Positions 23,893 through 35,616 of a stretch of 64,000 bases of DNA are shown here, one piece after another (position 1 is the stretch's first letter; the number at the start of each line of letters is the position of its first letter). The notes under the pieces were generated by a model that had not been told where the DNA came from, made no database searches, and saw only the letters and a list, made by a program, of their open reading frames with translations. Position numbers and translations under genes: made by a program. Where the stretch lies: positions 321,905 through 385,904 of the forward strand of contig MU006097.1 in NCBI GenBank assembly GCA_010093705.1, read 5' to 3'. Origin of the DNA: Patellaria atrata CBS 101060. Taxonomy: Eukaryota.

Positions 23893-24052
23893 AGGGAGCG
23901 AGAAATGCTAACCGTGATCGGAGACGGGATAGATTAGATCGATGCTCACTAATGGGTCAAGTCGGAGCCTCAGCGGTGAGAAAGTGAGGAACAGTCGCTG
24001 CCTTCCCTAAATCCTGCCTTGACTGTACCATAGAGCACCGTTCGTACCTAGC

Positions 24053-25051
24053 CTAGTTCTTGCCTTCCTCATCGTCTGGTCTTGGTATCTTTCGTAGTTT
24101 TTCGATATTCTCATCCAGGATAGCAATATCAGCTTCTATTCGAAGAAGCTTTTCCTGTAACATTTTCTCATATTTTTCGTTAGAAAGTACACTCATAGGA
24201 CTCCATTTTGATCTTGCAGCTCTTTGAAGGATGTTCTCATCTGGTCCCTTTTGAGTTGCTTTTGAAAATTGATTCTCCGCATGTCTTCTGTCTAGTGTGT
24301 TATAGATTGATTGGCCTGTATATCCCAGTATAGAGAATATAACTATTCCTGGGATGATTGCCCGTGGCCCATCTATGATAATGTCAGTCTAACAGAAGAT
24401 AGCTCTTGAAATGGCTTACTTAAGAGGCCGTTAATGGCTCCTGCAGAGATTCCGCTAGTAATCGTACTGGCATAGAGTCTTTCTCGAGAAGTATTGATGC
24501 CGTTACTCCCAGGAATTACGACGCCAGTTTTATCACGTCTGAACTGATCCGTGAAGAATGGTGTCTGAAGAAGGGCATGCCTAGACGCTTCACAATACTT
24601 TAGCATATGTACAAATAGTCGTAGGAAGCATCTTACCCCAGAAAGCAGTACCAATGGCAAAGTTCTGAATTCCAGCAGCAAGGGCTACTGTCACCGGTCT
24701 TCTTGAGCGGATGACGGCAAAGATACCCCCAAGAATAAATGCTGAACCCCCTAATGTCCTATCATTAGCTCATGTAATCAATGAGGAAGATCTTTGATAA
24801 TTGCGGATATAATAGGTAGGATATGTATATGAAGATCCTTCCATATTCTACAAGGAGATTATTTATTTTCAAAAATGGAAGGAAGAGATGATTAAATGAA
24901 TATCGTCGTTGCCCAAGATATCCACTTCAACTTCGACGCAGGTGCGGTAGAGAATTGTTACCCTACCTGTCAATGCTCCAACTTGAAGGGAGGAATAGAG
25001 TAATGATGCATCTTTCTGAACATCAACAGCTTCCTCTACATGATGCCCCAT
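24053..25051 (-). CDS. Conserved fungal membrane protein, Tim17/Tim22-like, 4 exons (only fragments appear in the ORF track)
   Basis: Manual splicing gives MGHHVEE..SSLQVGALTG / GSAFILGGIFAVIRSRRPVTVALAAGIQNFAIGTAFW / ASRHALL..ASTITSGISAGAINGLL / GPRAIIPGIVIFSILGYTGQSIYNTLD..SKWSPMSVLSNEKYEKMLQEKLLRIEADIAILDENIEKLR..stop. All introns are GT-AG with consistent phase. Confidence 0.8.
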
Positions 25052-25362
25052 CCTAAAAGTAACGGACTATGGCGAATTGAGAGTTCCCCTTGAATTACGC
25101 GTGTACAGTCCGTACTGCGAGGTAGGACGTGAGTTTGAGGCGGGCTCGCTTCGGACTTCGGTTTAGAACTAGCGCGCAAATCGACTAAATGAGCGTAACG
25201 ACAATTTTGACATCGTCCAGCTCTCGGCTTTCCACCCTGAACACTATTGTCAGCAACACATCAAACTTATTCAATCAAAGCACTCAGTGGAGGTTTTACG
25301 CCCTCCATAGTTTCCTCAGCCAACGCGCAGCGAAGCACGCGCGTTGACTGCCTTTCGCAATC

Positions 25363-27416
25363 ATGGGTGGGTCCCTCCTTTCGTGCGGTGCGGGCTTTTC
25401 TCAGGCAGAAATCGCCTCAGAAGCTGTGTTCTTGCTCAACGTGGTCAATATTAGACCCACGACAAGAATGTTTGTTAACGCGATTTTGCAGCTCCTCCAA
25501 AGTCGAAGACCCAGAAGATGTCCCTTGGGGATTTCCTGGGCGATCAATGTAGGTTTACCACCGTTTCTGATGTCTAGAAATGACAAGGCTGACGACACCT
25601 ATAAGCCTTGGGATCATGGGCTGATGAAATGGAGGACATGCCTCTGACCAGTAAGTCTCCTTTCGCGCACCTCGTCATTCACGGCTAACCATCTCACAGG
25701 CGGTTAGTAATCATTCAGAGCATTTCTGCGAGCACTTGATATATCTACTAGCACTTCTTATTGACATGCTCTATTCAGAATCCCGCACTGGTTATGGTGG
25801 AGATCGTCGAGCGTTCAGCTCCAATGCTGGATTTGGTGCAGACCGTGGATATGGTTAGTTGAATATCTAGACTTCTACATGATATATCGATGGTCTACGA
25901 CAAAAGCTGACTCAAGAAGCTCGTACCGATAACCCTGGGTATGCTCAACGTGAGCAACTCCCTCTACCAACGAAGCCCCCTTTTACCGCATACCTTGGTA
26001 ATCTCTCGTTTGATGCCACCGAAGGCGACATCCAAGACTTTTTCAGCGGTTGTGATGTTACCAGCGTTAGGATTGTAGAGGACAAGATGGAGCGTAAACC
26101 AAAAGGCTTCGGTTATGTTGAGTTTGGTAATTTGGACGGGTTAAAGAAGGCTCTAGAGCTCCATGGAACGCAATTTCAGGGCAGGAATGTTCGAATCAGT
26201 GTGGCAGACGCAAGTAGGTACATCAAAGTGGAAACAGGGATTGGATAATGACCGTATTTTAGAAAAGGATCGCCCTGAACAACGCACATTTGATGATTGG
26301 ACTCGCCGGGGCCCTCTCCCAGACTTGCCCAATAACCAACAGCGACGTACATCCGAGAGAGGCTTCGGGCGCAATTTTGAACCCGCTGCTGGTTCAGACG
26401 CTGGCAGTGAGCGTGGAGAACGCAGACGTGGCCCTGCATTCGAATCTGACAAGGTTCGAGATTTCGGCAACTGGGAGCGAAAAGGTCCTTTATCTCCCGT
26501 CCCATCTGCTGCGCCCATGCGGGAAGGAGGGCGAGTTCGCTCGAACGACGGACCTTCACGAGAACGTAAGAACTCTCCGTCTTGGGGTGAAGGACGCTCA
26601 CAGGAAGGCTCCAGGCCTCCTCGACGTGAGTTCCAGGATAGGCCCCCACCAGTCGAGAGACAACCCACGGCCGCCGAGATGGATAATCAATGGCGGTCCA
26701 AGATGAAACCTGATGCGCCCGCAAAGTCTCCAGTGCCTACACCGGAGGCCAGCACCCCATCTTCACCTGCGGCGGCAGCCCCACCTACTACCCGTCCTAG
26801 ACTCAACCTTCAGAAAAGGACTGTTTCAGAGGCTGAACCATCCACTCCAGCAGCTGGTGGAGATCCGAAGTCAAGCCCATTTGGAGCTGCTCGTCCTATT
26901 GATACAGCTGCGAGAGAAAAAGAAGTAGAAGAGAAGAGACAACTTGCTCTTCGATCAAAGAAAGAGCAAGAAGAGAAGGCACGCGAAGAGAAGCGTGCTA
27001 AGGAAGCATCTGCAAAAGCTGACCAAGCGGCGAGCGCTGCTGAGAACAGTGCTAACGGCGGCGGTAAAGCTGAGTCCAATGAGGATGGCGCAGGCGCCGC
27101 TAAAAGCTATGAAATTCTACGACGAGTGGATGACGATAATAACGATGCTAACGACACTGATGCTAACGAGGGCGCAAACGGGGGCGCAAACGGTGATATT
27201 GTTGACGACAAGGCAGTTAAACCAAAGGAGGTTACTAGACCAGCACCAAAGCAGCAAGGCGGTGGTTCCTGGAGGAAGAAGCCTTCCACCCCATCTACTC
27301 CTGCTGAGTCTACCACGGATGCTCTCGCCGAGGAGGGGTGGAGCACTGTTCCGTCGAAGCAGAAGAATCAACGAAGAGGTGGTGGTAATCAAGGTGCTCG
27401 TGCCATCGCATCGTAG
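25363..27416 (+). CDS. TIF3: Translation initiation factor eIF4B (RRM), about 7 exons
   Basis: Spliced N-terminus MAPPKSKTQKMSLGDFLGDQSLGSWADEMED. RRM PPFTAYLGNLSFDAT...RKPKGFGYVEF. C-terminal RPRLNLQKRT and SPFGAARPIDTAAREKEVEEK. Confidence 0.92.
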
Positions 27417-28544
27417 AAATGGATTGGCTCTCCCTAGGCGCGAACGGGTGCGGCGTGAGCTATATCCTAGCTGGGATATTTGTGGTCGCCACTACCGGGT
27501 TCTTATTTATTCGGAGGCGCAAAGTGTTCACTTCGCAAATATGGCATTTGACCGAACAGAAAATTCGAGTAGTATGCATCCTTCGACTTGCATACTTGTT
27601 CACTCTTTCCTTCATCATCCGAAACCCTGTTTACATCTTAGCGTCCCTTTGGAAAATGTTTGATCATGCAAAGCGATGCACCGCCGTTGTACCTTTTCCC
27701 CCTCCCCTCCTGTCTTTGCTCCAATTACTACACATTCCTCTCTTCGGCTGAACCATCAGATTCATATTTCCTGTTTGCGTACGAATCATCGTCTTCTCAT
27801 ATTAAAAAGTTTGAGGAGACATTACCACTAGTAGCTTCCAACAATAACGGTGTTGGCGGCCTCTAACTGATTGGAGGCTGGCGATTTTTGTTGTCACTTT
27901 TTCGTGGTACCCGGTCTTTTTCCATAGGTATAGAGGTAACGTGCTCAGGGCGTGTAATTAGAATGCAAACAAATTCATCAAAGCCGGTCAATACATGATA
28001 AACAGTGATACTTGGGGAGTTCCTAGGGGTTCCTAGGGGGTGATGTGGGAGGGTATGGTATTCAAAGGGACCATGTTGATAATAACAAACTAGCACACAA
28101 TGAAAATCGCCATGGAGAACAAGCTTTCATTCTGAGAATGGTATGAAAGGGGTTTTTATATTCTTAGGGTATTCGATATTCATTGTATGATTACCCAAAA
28201 TAACTTTTCAAACTCGTGGCATTTCGCATTCCGTTGTTCTCTTAAGGCTGCATACTTTACTGGGGCTCCTCGGAACGAGAATGGCCATGCAGCGATCGTC
28301 ACGAGTGCGCATGCTGGTCGTGCCTTCCCGGTATCCAAGCCCAAGGCGACAGGGACGGCACTCATTCCCATTTATTCTTCTTCCTCTTCACTTTCTTCAT
28401 CATCATGGAAAACTCTCCCTCACAAAGACTCCATACCTTAACCTCTCATCTGTAAACACACTCCTTCTAACTGCGCATATTGTTTATTCTGTATATTTTT
28501 CGTCTTGTTTTTTAGAGTATCTTGAGCGCGCGTCGTGTGCTGCC

Positions 28545-30172
28545 ATGTTTGGACCCTTCGGCAATTTCCCAATCAAGAAACCTGAGATCAGAACGGTGAC
28601 CTTAAAGAAGAAGATTACTGTACCTGTAAGTAGAAATAAACCGGCTGATGCGAAGTCAGCCCGTGCGAAATCACATGCGACGAGTTCGTTGAGAAAATCG
28701 AGCGCACCGGCTTCGTTGCAGCTGGTCAAGAACGGGACGGATAGTCGCAGCAGTTCGCCGCTGAAGCGCTCCGCCGACTCGACATTATCCCTGGCTGGAT
28801 CGAGTAAGAAGCGCAAAGCATCAGCACCTGTTGTACAAAAGTTTAGTGATAGTGAGGATACAAGTGAAAGTGATGACGCGGATCTGAGTCCTGAGAGGGT
28901 GAGGGTGAAGTCGAGTACTGACTCACTACCCCCCGACGTTGGACGAGAGATATGGACCATCAACAAAAATAAGGAGGCAAATGCAAAGGAGGAAGACGAT
29001 ACGGGGCTAATACATGGGAAAAGGCTTGTGAAAAGGGATAAGGACGCTGCGTACAAATCTGCGTTTCCGTCTGAGGAAAACATCGCGACGCTTGAGCTGA
29101 GGTATCCCGGCTCAGCAAAACCTGAACGGTATGTCACTTCTGTCACGAACACCTTTCAAGTAAACTTTCATTTGGCTTACTTTGTTATAGATTCTCCCTC
29201 GTTGAACCCGTCGAACACGACGGTTACAAGCCGCTGGAAGACATCCTCGAAACTATCGAACGCGTTCTAACACATTACTTCCCCGCCTCCTTATCCTCCC
29301 GTTATCTCGACGACAGCACCGGCATTGTACGCCGCCTCAAACGTGCCATTCATCATCGTGACCTCCCTAAATTTCGCGCCGTCCTGACTGAATACGACAC
29401 ACTCATCCGTAACTCCCTCTCCAGCAGCATCACCACCCACCTCACTTCCCAACACCATCTCCCACTACCCCTAATCGAGCGCATACTCTCTCAGATCTAT
29501 GCGCGAACCGTCTCCCCTCAAGTCAGCCTGTTAAGGGACTACGAAAACGGCACCGACAACGTCTACGGGGAACTGCTCCCCCGCTTCTCCCACCAAATCT
29601 TCGCCGTCACAGGCCTCAACTCCTCCCACACCTTTGTAGACCTCGGTTCCGGCGTCGGCAACGTCGTCCTGCAAGCTGCCCTCGAGACCGGTGCCGAGAG
29701 CTGGGGAATAGAAATGATGCCGAACCCGTGCAAACTCGGTGAAGCCCAAGCCGCCGAGTTCCCCCTCCGCTGCCGGAAATGGGGTATACGGCCCGGCAAG
29801 GTAACCCTCGTGCAAGGCGACTTCCTCACGAGTCCTGCGATCGATACCGTCCTCCGCCGCGCCGACGTCGTCCTCGTCAACAACCAAGCTTTCCTCCCCA
29901 CCCTGAATGATAAGCTCATCATGAAGTTCCTCGATCTCAAGGATGGATGTCGCATCGTTAGCCTCAAGAGCTTCGTCGACGAGGGTCACAGGATTCAAGC
30001 GCGGAATATCGAGGATCCCCGCAACGTTCTTACTAACGTTAAGAGGCTAGAGTATTGGTCTGGCAGCGTGAGCTGGACGGACCAGGGCGGGAGTTATTTC
30101 GTCGCGGTTAAGGACTCCAGTATGGTGAGGGAGGCGACAGAGAGGATGAGGAAGAGGGCCAGGGCGAGCTGA
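28545..30172 (+). CDS. DOT1: Histone H3K79 methyltransferase, 2 exons
   Basis: LRYPGSAKPER, intron about 29129-29190, then YARTVSP, YENGTDNVYGEL, FVDLGSGVGNVVLQAALETG, GDFL, VVLVNN and SVSWT. Confidence 0.95.
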
Positions 30173-30782
30173 TTAGGGTATTCATCTGTGATATGTATGC
30201 ACGTATACTATACTTGTACATCTAGATTAAGCAAGAGGCGGATGTGAGAACTTTTGGATACTGCGGGCTATTACGGTAGCTGTACAAAATTGTTATTTAT
30301 AAAAAGGGGGAGCAGGGGTTTTAAGGTAGATTGTGAATGGAACGTAGGACCGGATGAGGCGTTTGAGACGCCCATATACCCTCATTCACGCACTCGGACG
30401 GGGAGGGTCATTTACAGGCGTACGGTATGATACAAGGCGCAAGACTCCACATATACATACCCCCTACTATATAGCTAGCATATTGTAGAGCATTGTTACC
30501 ATCGTTACGAATCTAAAGATACATTTAACGCTGATCGTCACCCGTCTGACACGAAATTGACGAGGTGATGTGAAGAAGCGGGGCCTATCGTTGATATTAT
30601 TTGATCTGTTTTTATAAAGGTGTACACACATGACCAACGCCTCTACCCTACGCACTCAATGTGCGATTTTTTCCTTACTACATTACCACCTTCGTTCGAT
30701 GCATGGTGCCCACATCATGATTTGCATACACGTGACTCCCACAGCTGAGTTATTACCTTTTGCTACACTACTATCTTACGTC

Positions 30783-32563
30783 TTACGCGCCGACTTCCCT
30801 AATCCTGCACTGCCATCCCGATTCCTGACTCAAGAGCGGCAAACTACCAAGACGTCAGTATCACACCCCAAACGAGAGGTAGATGATAGGACTCACCTAG
30901 CGCCCAAACACCATCCCAACTCATTCCCCTTGATCTTCTTCGCGATCCTCACTTCCCGGCTAATCGGCATCTCGTAGCCGGTATGCAGCAACGCGACCAT
31001 AAAGTTCAGATCCAAACACGTATCGGGACGATCCCTGAGCTCCTCCAGCGCGCCCTCGACGCTAGCAAAGACATCCCAAGCCCCGCTCCCCTCGCCCTGA
31101 CAGACGCGGTGCGCGAGATCCTTGAGCTCGGCGAGGGTGAAGGACTCAGGCATGCCGAGGGGCGCGGTGCGGTCGTAGAAGTAGGAGAAGAGGTAGACGT
31201 CCTCACGCGCGAAAGTCTTCTCGAGAGAGGGCTGATGCACGCCGTTGAAAGCGCAGGGCGCGAGCTTGCACTCCGCGTCCTTTTGGAGGATTTTCTCGGC
31301 GTGGCCGCGACACTGGGCCGGCGAGGCCGTGGAGGGCCCGGTCATGTTGACCGTGATGCTAGTGCCAAGCGGGTGGCCGGCGTCGAGGGGAACTTCGACT
31401 TCTTTGGACATACCGGGTGCGATGCAGGGGTTACTTATTGGGCGGGATTTCCATGCCCCGGATGGGTCCTGCGTATAGAGGTTTTGGATGATTTCTTTGT
31501 GCAGGTGGGAGCGCGCTTCCATGAGCCCGTAGCCCAGGTAGGAGTGCTGGTATAAGGTGAATTCGCGGCCACCGAAGGAGAGCGAGTATTTGTGGTCGCC
31601 CTCGGCGAGCTTCTGGGGCATACCCCCGCCCTTGGCGTCTTTGAATGTTGGTTCGAAGACGATTTGGGTGGACCCACCACCAAGATCGAAAACAGCGGCT
31701 GTGGGAGTATGGTCAGGTCCGCCAATTTTTCCGAGAAGGTAGTTGGCGGTGATCCAGGCGTAGACACCTTCGTCCTTACCATCCATAACCTCGACACCAC
31801 CTGCTTCTTCAGAGAGCACGGGGAAGGGGTAGACGGTCTCGAGTCGGTGTCGCACGGCTTTGAGGATCTGGTCGCTCATTTCAGGACCGAGCTTTCTGAG
31901 ACCGGCTGTGGCTTTGACAGCTATCGGTGTACACTTCTTCAGCTTGTCCGGTACATTTTTTACCGCAACGTCGAGAAGAACGTCTAAGCTCTTAGCTGCA
32001 CCTTCGGCGTCGCCCTTGTATGAGCTTAGCCCCGATCCTCCTTCTTTCTTAGCGGTTTGCTCAAAGACCTCAGACTCGAGCTCCGGCGTGGGTCCACAGT
32101 TATTAAACTTGTATACGTGAATACGAGAGCCAGTACTACCCGCATCTACCATGAGCGCATACTGGATTAATGGTTTGCTTGAGGAGTATGATCGTGTGCA
32201 TTTGGTCGTTCCCACTGAAGGGTCCGAGGCAACATCGCCTCCAGGGAAGCGTTCAGCATCCCTGCTTACAGGAGCAAAGAACCAAAACACCAATAGCACA
32301 AACGCGATGAGGCCCCCAAACTTGAGGTACCTGTTCCGCTGGCCTTGATTCATATACGTGCCTCCCTTTTCCACGTTCATTGAGGAAGCAGCTCCGTGTC
32401 CCGACCCTAATCCGCTAGAGGTGTGCCGATCGGGCTTCTCGTAGGGGTCCTCGGTACGGGCGACTAGGGAAACGGAGGAGGTACGGCGACGAGCGTTGGA
32501 TGAGCCGAAACTAAGATATGACCATAAACCAGGACGGCGTCGGGCGTCTACACCGCTGGACAT
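30783..32563 (-). CDS. GDA1: Golgi guanosine diphosphatase (GDA1/CD39 apyrase), 2 exons
   Basis: Type II TM anchor. Apyrase regions DAGSTGSR, KATAGLR, EGVYAWITANYLLG, DLGGGSTQ and WCLGA. Short last exon SLPLLSQESGWQCRIREVGA-stop. Confidence 0.95.
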
Positions 32564-33158
32564 GAGAGGGGGGTGAACTGTTAGAAGGGGTTGTTAGTGT
32601 TATAAGAACTGGTGCATGGAGAGGGAGTTGCATTCTGTATCCAGGGTAGTATACAGTATTATACGTACATTAGTGAATAAAAGAGCGGAGGGAGAGAAAA
32701 TCAAGTCATTTGCGTCAAGGGTGACGGGAGAGATGTTGAACATTTCTGGAAAATGTTGCCCTTGTGCCCCTAATAATGGAAACTCTTGGCATTAGGTCTG
32801 GATAAAGTTAAGATGCTAAGATAAGATAAATAGACCTTTCGGCAAGGGGTCCAGTTTGGGCAGAGCATGGAACGTACTAGATGACATATCAGTCACTTGT
32901 ACCTGACACTTTTCTGTTCACCGCGTCATGTGTTAAATGCCTGATTATCCTCACTTTTCCTTTTCATCTTCGTTTCGGAATAAACTTTGTAATGAATGTT
33001 CAGGTTTGATTTTTCTTTCACTTCCTCTTCGCCACAGCATATTGCCAAGAGATTTCATCAACTCTTCTCCAGTTCTTCATAAACAGAGTCAAGAGATCTT
33101 TAGTTGATAGGGGCTAACATTCTAAAAGAGCTTGGAAGATAGAAGGATCATACCAAAG

Positions 33159-34940
33159 ATGGACGTTCAACTATATGTCTATGACCTTTCCCGCGGGCTT
33201 GCCCGTCAACTCTCAATGCAATTCCTAGGTATTCAAATCGATGCCGTTTATCACACGTCTATCGTCTTCGGTGGCGTCGAATACTTCTTTGGAGCAGGTG
33301 TCCAAACCTGTTATCCGGGAACCACGCATCACGGGAAACCCGTGGAGATCATACCTTTAGGACAGACCGTGCTTCCTATCGATGTCATTCTAGAGTATCT
33401 GGAGTCTCTGAAGACCATATACACCGCCGAAAGCTATGATCTATTCATGCATAACTGCAATAATTTCACCAATGACTTCACCATGTTCTTAGTAGGGAAG
33501 GGGATTCCAGAGAGAATCACCAGCTTGCCGCAAACAGTACTCAATACCCCTTTCGGACAGATGCTACGGCCGCAGCTTGATAGGTCCTTGCGAACCGTTA
33601 CCCAGGCACCTGTACCAACCAGCCAGATACCAAGTATAGTTGCTAGAACTGCTCAGGCCCAGGTCCAACGCAACGGTACATCTCCAATGTCTCCAGTTCT
33701 TGCGGCTTCTAAACCCACGGTGGGCGAGGTACATAATGTGACATCCAGTACCGAGCTCAAAAGTCTCCTGGACTCCGCTTCGAATTCATGTGCTGTGATC
33801 TTCTTTACCTCCGCAACCTGCGCTCCATGCCGTCCTCTATATGCTCCGTACTCACATTTAGCAGCCGAGGCTGGATCCAACTGTACCTTCATCAAAGTCG
33901 ATGTGCACGGCGCCCCAGCTATTGGCCGCGAATACTCCATCACCGCAACACCTACATTTATCACCTTCCTCAATGGCACCAAAGAGGAGCAATGGTCCGG
34001 CGCCGACGAAGCACGGCTAGCAGGAACCATACGGATGCTCATCCACTCTGCGCATCCCAGCCACCCCCACACCAAACTGCACGTACCACACCTCCTCCGC
34101 GCAGCCTCCCGTCCCGTTACCTACGCCAAATTACCACCCCTCGACAAGCTCGTCGCCAAGATGGGCGACCTAGGCTCCTCGCCGGCAGTTCGCTCTATGC
34201 AGCACTTCATCCTCGCTCGCAACCAAAGAGGCGTCGCCGAAGCCCCTCTTCCCGACCTCCCCGCATTCTCTTCTTTCCTACATTCCATAACCACCCAACT
34301 CCCCCTTGAAACTCAATTCACCGCCCTCGACCTCCTCCGCATCGCCCTCGTCGACGTGCGTGTAAGCGGCTTCTACGCCGAAGAAACACCCGGAGACGCC
34401 GGCAAAGGCACCATCGAGCACCTCCTCGAACACGTAAACGGACTAAAGGAATGCCCGTATAATTTGAGGCTGGTGGCGCTGCATCTCGCATGCAACCTCT
34501 TCACGTCCCCGCTCTCCCGCACCGCGTTCCTGACCTCGCAAACGGCTTCTTCGTCCCTCGTACAGCTCGCCACAACATCTCTCCTCGACTCCGCCCACAG
34601 CAATGTCCGCGTTGCCGCTGCTTCGCTGGCGCTGAATCTCGCTATGGCTAATCACCGGGCTCGCGTGGAGAAGAAGACGGAGCTGTTGGCTGAGGAGCAG
34701 CAGGTCGAGCTCGCGGCATCTGTTATCGAGACGATTGGACTGGAGGAGGAGAGTAAAGAGGCGGTTAAGGGGTTAGTGATGGCGTTGGGGTTTCTCGTGT
34801 TCTGTGCGCCGGTCCAAGGGGAGTTGTTGGATTTGTGTAGGGCGATGGACGCGCAGGGGACGGTGAGGAAGAAAGAGGGGTTGGCGGATTGTGAGGTTGT
34901 GAAGGAGGTTGCCAGGACGGCTTTGGGCAAGGGGTTATAG
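33159..34940 (+). CDS. PPPDE/DeSI peptidase + thioredoxin + PUL domain protein
   Basis: VQLYVYDLS, YHTSIVFGGVEYFFG and YDLFMHNCNNF (His/Cys dyad); thioredoxin fold with CAPC and TPTF; C-terminal helical PUL-like region (LDLLR, NLF, VRVAAASLALN). Confidence 0.9.
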   Translation: MDVQLYVYDLSRGLARQLSMQFLGIQIDAVYHTSIVFGGVEYFFGAGVQTCYPGTTHHGKPVEIIPLGQTVLPIDVILEYLESLKTIYTAESYDLFMHNCNNFTNDFTMFLVGKGIPERITSLPQTVLNTPFGQMLRPQLDRSLRTVTQAPVPTSQIPSIVARTAQAQVQRNGTSPMSPVLAASKPTVGEVHNVTSSTELKSLLDSASNSCAVIFFTSATCAPCRPLYAPYSHLAAEAGSNCTFIKVDVHGAPAIGREYSITATPTFITFLNGTKEEQWSGADEARLAGTIRMLIHSAHPSHPHTKLHVPHLLRAASRPVTYAKLPPLDKLVAKMGDLGSSPAVRSMQHFILARNQRGVAEAPLPDLPAFSSFLHSITTQLPLETQFTALDLLRIALVDVRVSGFYAEETPGDAGKGTIEHLLEHVNGLKECPYNLRLVALHLACNLFTSPLSRTAFLTSQTASSSLVQLATTSLLDSAHSNVRVAAASLALNLAMANHRARVEKKTELLAEEQQVELAASVIETIGLEEESKEAVKGLVMALGFLVFCAPVQGELLDLCRAMDAQGTVRKKEGLADCEVVKEVARTALGKGL

Positions 34941-35616
34941 TCGTGAGGTAAGGGTATCTGGTGTTTAGGATGGAGGCGTTTGGAGTCGGTTTGCGTGGGA
35001 TTCGGGTATGAGGGATGAAGAGTGATAATAATGATATGGGATATGGAAACTGTAGATTAGAGTTTGTATAATAGATTAATATACCTGTTCTAAAGCAGCA
35101 TCGTCTCATATACAAGTATAGATTCACAAAATCAGCTTGCGTGTCGCCGTCACTACCTAGTTCTAAGTGACCATAACAAGGACAATAATAAATACCTAAC
35201 AGTAGAAGGAAAGAGCAGAACACACATTCACCCATCCCGGGAGAGCGTCTAGAAACAGGCAAGGTTTCATACGGTAGTATGAAATATCATGCTCTGCATC
35301 AGTCAACGTGGATCAGACGAGTGACCTGCTCCTTAGGTTCCTCCCATGCCCACTCTTACATCCCAACAGGTCGAAGGAATACACATTTTGCTACGGACTA
35401 GCTATCGTCTAATACATTTGATCTCTCCCTTTTCATATATTCAGAACTAGTTATTTGCCGAATATGTGCGTTACTAACAGTCGGACTTATTATTCATTAT
35501 AACCATTGTCCCCACGATGAGATAGTTTCCAATACTATAACATTATTTTATCTAACCCCCATTATCCGATATTTCAAAACTCGCAGAGCACCCATGTGTT
35601 TCCCCACCACCCCCTT

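Noticed and set aside
28281..28544. N-terminal extension of DOT1 in the ORF track
   Set aside because: Pyrimidine-rich, UTR-like sequence; the ATG at 28545 (GCCATG) is the more credible start.
32800..32832. Cluster of GATAA sites between GDA1 and the PPPDE gene
   Set aside because: Short AT-rich motif with no functional link to either neighbour; cannot be distinguished from chance.
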